Origin: Candidatus Yanofskybacteria bacterium
Lineage (GTDB): Bacteria > Patescibacteriota > Minisyncoccia > JACQLN01
Reading direction: 5' to 3'
Length of the DNA stretch: 62,697 bases
NCBI GenBank assembly: GCA_943359335.1
Contig: CALRHC010000003.1
Coordinates: 1 to 62,697 of the forward strand
In this document: one piece after another, positions 10,320 through 19,850 of the stretch
How the letters are laid out: each line of letters starts with the position of its first letter
Numbering within the stretch: the stretch's first letter is position 1
The notes under the pieces: model-generated
Databases searched by the model: none
Told to the model about the DNA's origin: nothing
The model's input: the letters and a program-made list of their open reading frames with translations, nothing else
Program-made: the position numbers and the translations under genes

Positions 10320-11717
10320 TTATTTTTTATCTAGAATCTTAATACCTAATTCTTTTAACTGTTTTTCCGAAATTTCGGCTGGTGCGTCCATCATTAAATC
10401 GCGGCCATCGCCGGTTTTAGGGAAAGAAAATACTTCGCGAATATTTGGTTCGCCTGTAAGCAATGTAATTAATCTATCCAAACCCCAAGCAATGCCACCA
10501 TGTGGAGGTGCACCATAACCTAAGGCTGTAAGCATGTGCCCAAAATTAGAAGCAATTCTTTCTTCCGAAAAACCCATAATTTCAAAAACCTTTCTTAATG
10601 GTTCTGGTTTGTGGTTACGAATACTGCCACCACCAATTTCGAAACCATTTAAAGCTATATCGTATTGAGTTGTTAAAATTTCACCAATTTTTTCTTTTTT
10701 CATTAACCATTCCATATGTTCATTTTTAGGTTTAGAAAATGGGTTATGAGTAAATGTCCAAGTGTTATCGTCGTTTTTTTCGAAAAACGGAAAGTCTATA
10801 ACCCAGCAAAAAGCTAGTAAGTCTTTATCTTCTTTATCTTTTCGTAAATCGGGCCTGTCGGTTCCGTATTTTTCCATAGCTTCCGCATAGCTAATTCTTG
10901 GGAAAGGAGTTTCTTGGATTTTTTTGTTTGGGAATAGTTCTTTTACTAAACCAATAAGCATAGATTCGTTTTCGGCTATTACATCTTCACGCTCCACAAA
11001 CGACATCTCCATATCCATTTGAGTAAATTCTGGTTGTCTATCGCCTCTTGTGTCTTCATCTCTAAAACAACGAGCAATCTGGAAATACTTTTCAAAACCA
11101 GCAACCATTAACAGTTGTTTGTATTGTTGCGGAGCTTGAGGTAAAGCATAAAATTTTCCATTTTGTAAGCGAGAAGGTACAACATAATCTCGAGCACCTT
11201 CTGGGGTCGATTTTGTTAATATTGGAGTTTCAATTTCTACGAATTCCTTTTCGGCAAGCCAGTTTCTAATAAACTGAATTATTTGAAAACGAGTGCGGAT
11301 ATTTTTTTGTAATCTGTCTCGGCGTAAATCTAAATAGCGGTATTTCATTCGCAAATCCTCGCCTAGTTCTAAGCCATCTGTATCTAAAGCAAAAGGTGGG
11401 GTTACGCATTCGTTTAAAATTTCGAGGGCTGTAACCTGAAGTTCTACCTCGCCTGTAGGAATTTCGGCATTTACCATACCCTTTGGTCGTTCCGAAACTT
11501 GTCCTTCTAAACGCACTACAAAGCCTGTGCGAAGAGTATCGCCTAAACTATGTAGTTCTTTGTTGTTTGGCAAAAAAACACACTGCAAGGTGCCGGTTCT
11601 GTCTTTAACGTCTATAAAGATAAGTTTACCGTGATCTCGCCTACCCCAAATCCAGCCGGAAACACTAACATTTTGCCCCTTGTTTTCGGGGGTTTTAGAT
11701 ATCAAAATTCGTTCCAT
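10320..11717 (-). CDS. aspS: Aspartate--tRNA(Asp/Asn) ligase, short form lacking the GAD insert
   Basis: RDHGKLIF, QIARCFRDED, YGTDRPDLR joined almost directly to WVIDFP, GAPPHGGIAWGLDR. Confidence 0.95.
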   Translation of the reverse strand: MERILISKTPENKGQNVSVSGWIWGRRDHGKLIFIDVKDRTGTLQCVFLPNNKELHSLGDTLRTGFVVRLEGQVSERPKGMVNAEIPTGEVELQVTALEILNECVTPPFALDTDGLELGEDLRMKYRYLDLRRDRLQKNIRTRFQIIQFIRNWLAEKEFVEIETPILTKSTPEGARDYVVPSRLQNGKFYALPQAPQQYKQLLMVAGFEKYFQIARCFRDEDTRGDRQPEFTQMDMEMSFVEREDVIAENESMLIGLVKELFPNKKIQETPFPRISYAEAMEKYGTDRPDLRKDKEDKDLLAFCWVIDFPFFEKNDDNTWTFTHNPFSKPKNEHMEWLMKKEKIGEILTTQYDIALNGFEIGGGSIRNHKPEPLRKVFEIMGFSEERIASNFGHMLTALGYGAPPHGGIAWGLDRLITLLTGEPNIREVFSFPKTGDGRDLMMDAPAEISEKQLKELGIKILDKK

Positions 11718-11773
11718 ATGCCTATATTTTAACCTTTTTTATGGTCCTTATACAAGATTGAAATTATAGTTTA

Positions 11774-12462
11774 TTAAATTGATTTTATTATTTTTAATAT
11801 TTCTTTTTTTGTATTACATGTTATGCCTAATGACATGGACCATGTGGTTTTATTATTTTTTATCACATATTCAGCAGCTTCTTTTCCAAATAAGTGTCCC
11901 ATAACACTAGCCGATTCTTCTATAGATGAGAATTGCAGAGGAACAATTATTCCCTTTTTAATCCAGCTTAAATTACAGTTTCTTGGTGATATAATCCTTG
12001 AACTACGAGAAACTCTCCATTCTTCAAAATTAGGAGCGCGTATACTATCAGGTATATATTTAAACCACATTTCATTTAACTCGTCATTAAAAGTTTCATC
12101 CCATCCTATGGTAAAAAAGTATCCGTCATCGGTTAGTAAGGAAGCAACAGATTTTAATTCTTCAATTACTAATTTTCTATCACTAATTCTACTAGGAAAA
12201 CCAAAACCACTTATTATAAAAGACGATTGTGTTTCTTCTAATAACTTATAAACATTTTTTATTGTTGAATTAGACTCCCGATATTCCAGTCGTACGAATA
12301 CTTATAATCACCAAGGTTTATAAGTAAATTTTTAAGAATATCTTTTTTATCTTTTGAACTATTAATCAGGTTCGCTAGTTCTTTTAGCTTTTTTTCTGAA
12401 AATATTTTTTGACTTAACCTAGAGTAGTTATTTGTAATTATTTCATCTAATATTTTCTCCAT
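11774..12462 (-). pseudogene. Frameshifted hypothetical gene (possible methyltransferase-like fold)
   Basis: 67-aa ORF 12462-12259 overlaps a second frame open 12301-11774 with no ATG until 12070; one extra base would give a 229-aa protein. Confidence 0.55.
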
Positions 12463-13013
12463 TTTTTTATCATAAGTTCTGGCTTACCACAATTTAATTC
12501 TTTATCAACCACAAGGTCTAGAGATTTTATAAAAGTCCTTATATCTTCTTTATCCTTTTTAATATCCTTTGTTGTATTTTTTTTTGATTCAATTTCTAAA
12601 AAAATACCTAATTTTTTAACATCTTCTAAAACTACTTCATATTTTTTATTTTCAAATACATATTTAGTGTTGTCTATCTTAATAAGTTCTTTAAGTCCTA
12701 AGTATCTAATTATTTCTAACATTATTTTTGAGTTTTCTAGAATGGTTTCATGCTCATCCGAATGTATCCATATGTCTTTTTCGAAGTAATCTTTTTTATA
12801 AGTTAAATAAGATTTATTATCTTTAGTTCTTAACCTGAGGCAATTCATTAGACGGCCTTTTTTTTGAGGTTTAAGATCGGGTCTTTTTGGGTCGTAAAAA
12901 TATGTGTCTAATGTTCTTTTTTTCCCAATAAAAACCAAGCTTTTTGACAATACCTTTAAAGCTTGGTTTTTCGAACTTTTAAGGGATACAAGCACCTCTA
13001 CTTCTTGCTTCAT
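12447..13013 (-). CDS. CYTH-domain protein (class IV adenylate cyclase-like)
   Basis: EVEV N-terminal motif, DTYF, LRLR, LTYK, FLEIE. Confidence 0.85.
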   Translation of the reverse strand: MKQEVEVLVSLKSSKNQALKVLSKSLVFIGKKRTLDTYFYDPKRPDLKPQKKGRLMNCLRLRTKDNKSYLTYKKDYFEKDIWIHSDEHETILENSKIMLEIIRYLGLKELIKIDNTKYVFENKKYEVVLEDVKKLGIFLEIESKKNTTKDIKKDKEDIRTFIKSLDLVVDKELNCGKPELMIKKWRKY

Positions 13014-13054
13014 ATATAGAGAAGAGCAAATCTAACTAAAAAAGTAAATAGTGC

Positions 13055-14671
13055 CTATATTTCCAAAAGCTCTAATATTTTTTCTCTGTCTGCAGCCCAT
13101 AAGAAAGTGGAAAGCCGAGGGCCGGTGTCTTTGCCTATTAACAAGTTATATATGTCTTTAAAGAAGCTTCTTTGCAATGGCGCATTTTCTTGGTCGGATA
13201 AGCTGGAATCTTTAGGTATGCTATAAACTAAAAGATCTAATTCTTTTATTGTGGCTTTGCTATTAGAAAGTAATTCTTGTCTTAATTTTATAACTTGTTC
13301 TAATTTACTTTCGGTTAAGGTTTTTATATACTCTGTATTTTTTTCTTCTAGTAGTTTTATTATTTCTTCTTTATTATAAGTTTCGAGCCATGCTCTCGCC
13401 TTCTCGGTTCTTGTGGTAATGGATTCTAGATCGTATTTTAAATCCATACTTTCTAAGACCTGTATAAGTTTATTTTTATCCCACTGTATTATTTGTCCAA
13501 ACGAAACAGCTTGGCGAAAAGGAATCGGTGGTAAAGAATTGTCTACCTTAACACCACTTAGGTTCATAGAATCTTTTTGCCAGTTTTCTAGAGTATTATT
13601 TTTTAGCGCCTCTATGTTTGTATCGAATTCGCTATATTGTTTGTAAATTTCGCTATTAAAAGCAATAGAAAAAGTTTGGGTTGGTAATTTTTGCAAGTAG
13701 ATCCATTTTAAAAGTTCTGGTGTATAAACTTCTAACAATGTTTGAGGTGAAATTGCGTTGCCCTTAGACCCAGACATTTTTGTACCTAAACCTTGTATGC
13801 CTACAAAGTTATATTCCTGAAACACTGGTGGCAAAATATTAAAAATTTCTTTAGCTATTACACTGGAAACATCAAAACTGCTTCCGGGTGAAGCGTGGTC
13901 GTGCCCCGCAGGTTCAAAATTAACGTTTTCTATTTTCCAACGCATTGGCCAATCTACCTTCCAAGAAAGTTTTACAATTCTATCTTTAGTAAAATCGATT
14001 GTTTCTGTATTGCCAGTATCAAAACATTTATATGTAATTTTTGTGCCACTATCGTATTCTAAAACTTTGGTATTATCTTTTCCGGTAAATTTTGAATATA
14101 CAGAAATTGGATAATAGTTTTGCTTGTATTCTTCTGGGTTTATGTTTTTATCTTCCTTCCCTTTTTCTGTCATAAAGGAAAGCAAAACATCCGCAATTTT
14201 TTGACGGTTTTTTAAGGCGTGAACTATTTGCTCGTCGTACTTACCAAGTGCGTATTCTTTGGTTTGGTATCTGTATTCGAGTTCTATGCCAAGCTTTTTC
14301 ATAGAGTTTTCGAATTCTTTTTCAAACTTTTCTGCGTAAGAAGCATATTCTTTTTCTGGGCTAGGCACAGCAGATAAAGGTTTGCCAATATGTTCGGCAA
14401 AAGATTCGTTTAGGCCAGAAGGTATTTTTCTTAAACGGTCGAATTCATCCCAAGAAAAAATAAAGCGTACATTTTTACCTTTTTCTTTTAATTTTTTAGC
14501 AACAGCAAAAGAAGTTATAACATCACGAAAATTTCCAAAGTGAACCACCCCAGAAGGGCTTATACCAGCAGCGCAGGTGTAAATTTTTTCATTAGGAAAC
14601 TTCTCTATAACCTTATCGGCAATAGTATCGGCCCAATGCTTTGTTTCGTCGAGTTTTTTGTTAGCTTCCAT
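13055..14671 (-). CDS. lysS: Lysine--tRNA ligase, class I
   Basis: AAGISPSGVVHFGNFRD, WKVDWPMRW, KMSGSKGN; probable ATG at 14671 (ORF track uses TTG 14680). Confidence 0.93.
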   Translation of the reverse strand: MEANKKLDETKHWADTIADKVIEKFPNEKIYTCAAGISPSGVVHFGNFRDVITSFAVAKKLKEKGKNVRFIFSWDEFDRLRKIPSGLNESFAEHIGKPLSAVPSPEKEYASYAEKFEKEFENSMKKLGIELEYRYQTKEYALGKYDEQIVHALKNRQKIADVLLSFMTEKGKEDKNINPEEYKQNYYPISVYSKFTGKDNTKVLEYDSGTKITYKCFDTGNTETIDFTKDRIVKLSWKVDWPMRWKIENVNFEPAGHDHASPGSSFDVSSVIAKEIFNILPPVFQEYNFVGIQGLGTKMSGSKGNAISPQTLLEVYTPELLKWIYLQKLPTQTFSIAFNSEIYKQYSEFDTNIEALKNNTLENWQKDSMNLSGVKVDNSLPPIPFRQAVSFGQIIQWDKNKLIQVLESMDLKYDLESITTRTEKARAWLETYNKEEIIKLLEEKNTEYIKTLTESKLEQVIKLRQELLSNSKATIKELDLLVYSIPKDSSLSDQENAPLQRSFFKDIYNLLIGKDTGPRLSTFLWAADREKILELLEI

Positions 14672-14714
14672 TGTATACAAATAAGAGCAAATTTATTAAG
14701 AAAAGTAAACTAAC

Positions 14715-16364
14715 CTATTTTGAAGGTTTGGTTGGCTCTATTGGTTTTTGGTTTATATTATTCTTTTTGGCATATTCTTCGGTAGGAATTCTAATACTAA
14801 ACGCACTACCTTTATCTTTACCTTCCGATTCGCCTTGTATTGTTCCTTTATGAGCTTCTGTCATAAGTTTGGCTACATATAAACCTAAACCCGTGCCTTC
14901 GGTATACATTAACCTCCCACCTTCACCGCGTTCAAACTTTCTAAATAATCTAGCTTTGCCTTCTGGGGTCATTCCAACGCCAGTGTCTTTTACTTGGTAA
15001 ATTAAATAATCGTTTTCTAAACGCAAACTAACCGTAACACTGCCGGTTGCCGTGTATTTAATAGAGTTATCTATAAAATTAATAACAACTTGGCGGAGTT
15101 TGTCGGCATCGGCCCAAGCCATTGGCATACCGTGAGGTTTTATCCAGGCAAGTTTTAAGCCCTTATTTTCTGCCATAGATTTTAAGTCGAAAATTGCATC
15201 GTCTATCATCTGACCCATATCTACCGGAGCAAATGTATAAATAATTCTACCGTCTTCTATGCGGTTCAAGTTTAAAAGATCATTAACCAAAACAATTAAG
15301 CGTTCCGAAGATTGAAAAACTTTCTCTAATGTTGTGCTTTGAGTTTCTAAAAGTTTTCCATAACTACCTTCTATCATCATCGAAATATAACCTTTAATGG
15401 CGGTAAGCGGAGTTCGTAATTGGTGTGAAACTATAGAAAGGAATTCCGATTTTGCTCCGTCTACTCTTTTAAGTTCATCGTTAGCCACGGCTAATTGAAT
15501 GCTCATTTTTTCTAGTCTTTCTTTCTGTTCAATTTCTTTAATAACACTTCTGATTAAGAATACTCCGGCAAAAACAGTAAGTATAAATATGCCTCCATTT
15601 ATTACAAAATCTTGTAGTGTGAGAGATGTTGTTGTTCTGATAAGTAAGAAGACCCATATAGAAAATGTTAATAATTCTGTGGAAGCAACCTTGGCATTAA
15701 AAAGTTTATGTTTAAGCATTGCATAACCAAAAAATACCGGAAAGGCTGCTACTAAGAAATTTCCATAAGGTGGTACTGGGACGTTATACCATAAAAAAAA
15801 GTTTGTTAAACCTCCTCCAAAACCAAATATTGATCCTAAGATCACATAAAACACCTGACCTTTAATTTCTAAGGATGATGTTTTATATGCCTTTATTAAT
15901 AGGGTCAAAGCATAAGTAACTAATAAACCGTATACTGAAGCAAGATAGAAGTGATATAAAACACCTGGTTCAGGCCAAAATGGAAAAGATAGTTTAGCTA
16001 TTATGCTTTTGATAAATAATTCCGGAAATATCAAAGAAAGTATTATTATAAGAACAGTCAAAATATAAACTAGTTTTAGAACATGTTTCTCTGTTTCTTT
16101 TTTTAAAATTAAAATAATCCAATGCAAATAAAATGCTGGAATTAGGGTCGAGCCAATAGAAAATATTTTTATCCAAAAAGATGCTGCCCCATAACTAGTA
16201 CTTGATAGCCATTGCCAATATCCAAAGGACCATATAACCATCCCCGTCATCAACAAAAAGAACATTTGATTAACTTTGTCTCGCCAGTTTTTGTAAATAA
16301 TAAACAAAGCAAAGCTTAGAGAAGCTATACCGTTTATTAACCCTGATATGGCAAAAAGTTCCAT
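14715..16364 (-). CDS. Sensor histidine kinase with N-terminal 7TM domain
   Basis: About 7 hydrophobic helices, SHQLRTPLT H-box, NFIDNSIKY N-box, DTGVG and GTGLGL G-boxes. Confidence 0.92.
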   Translation of the reverse strand: MELFAISGLINGIASLSFALFIIYKNWRDKVNQMFFLLMTGMVIWSFGYWQWLSSTSYGAASFWIKIFSIGSTLIPAFYLHWIILILKKETEKHVLKLVYILTVLIIILSLIFPELFIKSIIAKLSFPFWPEPGVLYHFYLASVYGLLVTYALTLLIKAYKTSSLEIKGQVFYVILGSIFGFGGGLTNFFLWYNVPVPPYGNFLVAAFPVFFGYAMLKHKLFNAKVASTELLTFSIWVFLLIRTTTSLTLQDFVINGGIFILTVFAGVFLIRSVIKEIEQKERLEKMSIQLAVANDELKRVDGAKSEFLSIVSHQLRTPLTAIKGYISMMIEGSYGKLLETQSTTLEKVFQSSERLIVLVNDLLNLNRIEDGRIIYTFAPVDMGQMIDDAIFDLKSMAENKGLKLAWIKPHGMPMAWADADKLRQVVINFIDNSIKYTATGSVTVSLRLENDYLIYQVKDTGVGMTPEGKARLFRKFERGEGGRLMYTEGTGLGLYVAKLMTEAHKGTIQGESEGKDKGSAFSIRIPTEEYAKKNNINQKPIEPTKPSK

Positions 16365-17288
16365 CTATTTTCTTGCTAAACCTATAATATGCACCCTCAA
16401 TGGCTCTATTGTTGTTTCTAATTTACTAAAACCAGAGTCTTTTATTAGTTTTATAAAGTCTTCTTTTGTTCGGTAACACATTTTGGGCCAGTCAACGTTT
16501 TCTACAAATTTAATTTCAGAGTTTGGATAAACATTAGCCACAATAAAATAAGAATCTTCTCTAAGTGTATTATTTATTTGAGTTAATATGTTTTTTCCTT
16601 TTTCATAATCAAAATAATCTAATAGACCGACCATTTCTACTATGTCCATTGAGCTTTCCGGAATTAAATCCTTTATATTTGAAGCACTATCATTTATCCA
16701 ATTAAAGTAATTATTTACATTAAACTCTCCAGAAATTTTCTTACCTAATTCTATTGCTCTAGCGTCCTTATCTATATTAGTTACCTTTATATTAATTTCC
16801 GGGTGTTTTTTTAATAAACGACTTACCGTATGAATTATTGCTCTACAGGAACCACCCCCAACCGTAAGTATCGATATTTCAGTTTGACCATTTTTAATCT
16901 TTTGTGAAAGTTCTTCTTCTAAAGCTATTTCAACTATTTTAAGTCTATTTCTTACAGCTTTAAGTTGTGAAATTACATGATGCCAAACAAAGTCAGCGAT
17001 TCCTTGAAGTATTCCACGAGAAAGCAATTTTCTACTATGTCTACTATACATAACCTCTAGTGCGTGCGTTGAGCCAACATTGCCAATTATTTTAGAGGCA
17101 TCTTTACTTGATGCCCCAGCCATTTTTTTTAAAAAAACCTTGGGAATGTTGTTTAGTATCGGTATCGCTATTATTCGAAGTATTTTTATTAGGAAATTAT
17201 GTGCTTCAAATTTTTTGGGGTTTATTGTTATGTTTCTTATTTCCATTTTCTTATCGCTAGTCAGTTTAATATATAAATTATACTTCAA
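16365..17288 (-). CDS. Class I SAM-dependent methyltransferase
   Basis: ILTVGGGSCR motif I, NIDKD, DIVEMVGLLDYF. Confidence 0.75.
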   Translation of the reverse strand: MKYNLYIKLTSDKKMEIRNITINPKKFEAHNFLIKILRIIAIPILNNIPKVFLKKMAGASSKDASKIIGNVGSTHALEVMYSRHSRKLLSRGILQGIADFVWHHVISQLKAVRNRLKIVEIALEEELSQKIKNGQTEISILTVGGGSCRAIIHTVSRLLKKHPEINIKVTNIDKDARAIELGKKISGEFNVNNYFNWINDSASNIKDLIPESSMDIVEMVGLLDYFDYEKGKNILTQINNTLREDSYFIVANVYPNSEIKFVENVDWPKMCYRTKEDFIKLIKDSGFSKLETTIEPLRVHIIGLARK

Positions 17289-17379
17289 AAAACACTAATT
17301 TGACAAACTCCCTTATATATATCAAACTCTATTTATCACGTAGTTCTTTCTAATAACCTCCAAACAAAGGAGATCCATT

Positions 17380-17886
17380 ATGGAGGCAATTCGTGAACAC
17401 CCTGCTATGCAGGCGGAGTTGCAGTATAACCATCTGATTCCGGATCAACTCTGGAATAGGTTGGTTGCCAGGGTCCAGAGAGACAATCCTCTGCTCTCAA
17501 AGGAGACCGCAGAGATGATCATGGATGGTGCACTAGGCTTTCTCAAGCTCTGTGCAGATCACCCAGGCAACGGCTTCGCTCCCTCCAAGATGGTGGACAT
17601 CGGTTGGCACACGTTCCTGATGTACACCAAGGAATACCAGGAGTTTTGCCAGAGAGTGGCAGGAAGATTCATTCATCATGCACCGAATGATGGCGAAGTA
17701 AAAAAGACTGGTGGTATGGCAAAGACGGTTAGGTTTATGAAAAAGACTGGTACGCCTTATGATTTGAGAATTTGGAATATTGATAACCTAAACGAATGTT
17801 ATGGTGGAGATGGTGGTGACGCAGGTGACGATGATGATGGGGGTGATGAATGTGGAGAATGCAATTGTGGAGAATGTCAGGACTGA
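17380..17886 (+). CDS. Glycine-rich-domain (GRDP/DUF1399-like) protein with acidic Gly/Cys tail
   Basis: APSKMVDIGWHTFLMYTKEYQEFCQRVAGRFIHHAP core; AAGGAG SD at 17367-17372; TTGACA at 17300. Confidence 0.7.
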   Translation: MEAIREHPAMQAELQYNHLIPDQLWNRLVARVQRDNPLLSKETAEMIMDGALGFLKLCADHPGNGFAPSKMVDIGWHTFLMYTKEYQEFCQRVAGRFIHHAPNDGEVKKTGGMAKTVRFMKKTGTPYDLRIWNIDNLNECYGGDGGDAGDDDDGGDECGECNCGECQD

Positions 17887-17919
17887 GCCTGTACTTTAAT
17901 ACTCCATTATTTCTATCCA

Positions 17920-18453
17920 TTATCTCCTATAAACCCAGAAAATTCCCTCCTGTTTGATCAAATCAAAATCAAACATAGGAAATCCGGCGCTAGCAATAAT
18001 GGCGCCGGTTTTTAATTCCTTTTTAAATTTATCGGTTAAAAGAGCGTTTACATAGTTAAGTTGAAACAAATAAACCAAATCGTATTGGCTTAAATTTATT
18101 TTCCAAAAATCCCCTCTTATAATATGGGCATTTTTTAAATTCTCACGTTTTATTTTATAACGGCTATACCAAACCAGTAGAGGGTTAAATTCTATGCCGT
18201 AACTTTCAAAACCTTGGCGCGCAAATTCTATAACCACTCGTCCATCGCCCGAACCAATATCTACAATTTTTTTAACATTTTCTTTTTTTGCTATAACCAG
18301 CAGGCCATCTAAAACATCTTTTCTATTTTTTCTATAGGAAGGCATAAAAGGAGCGCCGGTAAATAAAAGTGGTAAACCCAAAAGCAAAAAAGCTATACCT
18401 AGCCCCATTAAAATAATTATTTCTAAAACAATTAAAAAGAAAGTCAACATCAA
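17920..18453 (-). CDS. Membrane-anchored class I SAM methyltransferase
   Basis: N-terminal TM helix, GAPFMPS, VDIGSGDGR, GIEFNP. Confidence 0.85.
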   Translation of the reverse strand: MMLTFFLIVLEIIILMGLGIAFLLLGLPLLFTGAPFMPSYRKNRKDVLDGLLVIAKKENVKKIVDIGSGDGRVVIEFARQGFESYGIEFNPLLVWYSRYKIKRENLKNAHIIRGDFWKINLSQYDLVYLFQLNYVNALLTDKFKKELKTGAIIASAGFPMFDFDLIKQEGIFWVYRR

Positions 18454-19043
18454 CTTAAATTATAAATTTTTTCAGCTAAAAGTTGGGAAACAGTTTCAAT
18501 ATCTTGGCTTTCTGTAAGGTCGTTTAGTTTAAAATATTTGCCAATGCTAAGTGTGGTCTTGCCCTTACTTACGCTTATATAGATTGGAATAATATTAATA
18601 TCTGGCATTTCTATAGCTAAAACCGCAGCGCCTCTTTTAGGGCGTGGGCGTGGTCCATATGTGTGCCTTTCACCTGTAGGAAAAATTAAAAATACCCCGT
18701 TGTTTTTTAAGATCTTTCTTGGTTTATGTAAAGAAATATCTAAACCTTGCCCGTAATAGGAAGGAAAGGTTTGGGTTAATATAAAAAAAGGTTTTAAAAA
18801 TATATTTTTATAGTATCTATCATCTACCATAAAAGTTATTGGCAGATAATTAGAAAAAAATGGAAAAAGTGTGCCAATAATTAAAGGGTCAAAAAAAGTT
18901 TTATGGTTAGATATAATCATTAAGGGTTTGGGTATATTCTTTAAATTTTCTTGTCCAAGAACTTTAAACGAACCAAAAAACCGGCTACAAATAAAAGTAA
19001 CCAGCCAAACTATTCTTTGGAAAATAGCGTAAATAATAACCAT
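18450..19043 (-). CDS. Lysophospholipid acyltransferase (PlsC-like)
   Basis: SNHKTFFD (HxxxxD), IFPTGER. Confidence 0.8.
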   Translation of the reverse strand: MVIIYAIFQRIVWLVTFICSRFFGSFKVLGQENLKNIPKPLMIISNHKTFFDPLIIGTLFPFFSNYLPITFMVDDRYYKNIFLKPFFILTQTFPSYYGQGLDISLHKPRKILKNNGVFLIFPTGERHTYGPRPRPKRGAAVLAIEMPDINIIPIYISVSKGKTTLSIGKYFKLNDLTESQDIETVSQLLAEKIYNLS

Positions 19044-19496
19044 TTATTTATGTTTTAAATGATCTACAAAAAGAGTTCCGTTTAAGTGGTCTACTTCGTG
19101 AAGCATTAATCTTGCTAATATTCCTTTTACACGGATTTTAAATTTTTCTCCTTTTTCATCCATGGCCTTTATTGTTACTTTATCGGCACGTGATAATTCA
19201 TGCCATTCCCCTGGTAAACTTAAACAACCTTCTTCTTCGGGAATAAGTTTTTTAGAAATTTGAGTTATTTCTGGATTAATAAAAACAGTGTGCCCTTCTT
19301 TAGCTATATCTTCTGCAGCTATAAACAAGCGAATATTTTTACCAATTTGAGGCGCCGCTAAACCAACACCGTTTTCAGCGTTTAATAAGGTCTCTTTCAT
19401 TTCTTTAATCAACCTTAAAATTTCCGGTGTAATTTCGGTTATGGTTTCGGATCTTGTTCTAAGTATTTTGTTTTTATCTCCTGTAACTATTTCCAT
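19044..19496 (-). CDS. def: Peptide deformylase
   Basis: GVGLAAPQIG, EGCLS, HEVDH. Confidence 0.97.
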   Translation of the reverse strand: MEIVTGDKNKILRTRSETITEITPEILRLIKEMKETLLNAENGVGLAAPQIGKNIRLFIAAEDIAKEGHTVFINPEITQISKKLIPEEEGCLSLPGEWHELSRADKVTIKAMDEKGEKFKIRVKGILARLMLHEVDHLNGTLFVDHLKHK

Positions 19497-19497
19497 A

Positions 19498-19785
19498 TTA
19501 TTTGGGGAAATTTTTTACTGTTTGTTCTATTGGTCTTTTTACTAATCCTTTTAAAGCGCCAAAAAAATATTTGCCGCGCGCTTCCATTGGTAAGTCATTT
19601 TTTTCTATAACTCTTCTAGCAAGCCCTCTTAAATCGCTTTCATGGTATAACTTAGCGATTCCTAAATATGCGGCAAATCTTTTAGGTTCTTGCATTAAAC
19701 GGGAAATATCCTCGGCTAACAAATGCTCTTTTGAATGAAGCTTTCTATTAACCTTGGTGTTTCTTATTATATCGCCAATACGCAT
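19498..19785 (-). CDS. Hypothetical protein
   Basis: 95-aa ORF abutting def on the same strand. Confidence 0.7.
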   Translation of the reverse strand: MRIGDIIRNTKVNRKLHSKEHLLAEDISRLMQEPKRFAAYLGIAKLYHESDLRGLARRVIEKNDLPMEARGKYFFGALKGLVKRPIEQTVKNFPK

Positions 19786-19850
19786 ATTTGTTTGATTTTA
19801 TAGTAGCAATTTACTGGCTATTTGCAAAACAATTAAGTATAATTTTAAAA

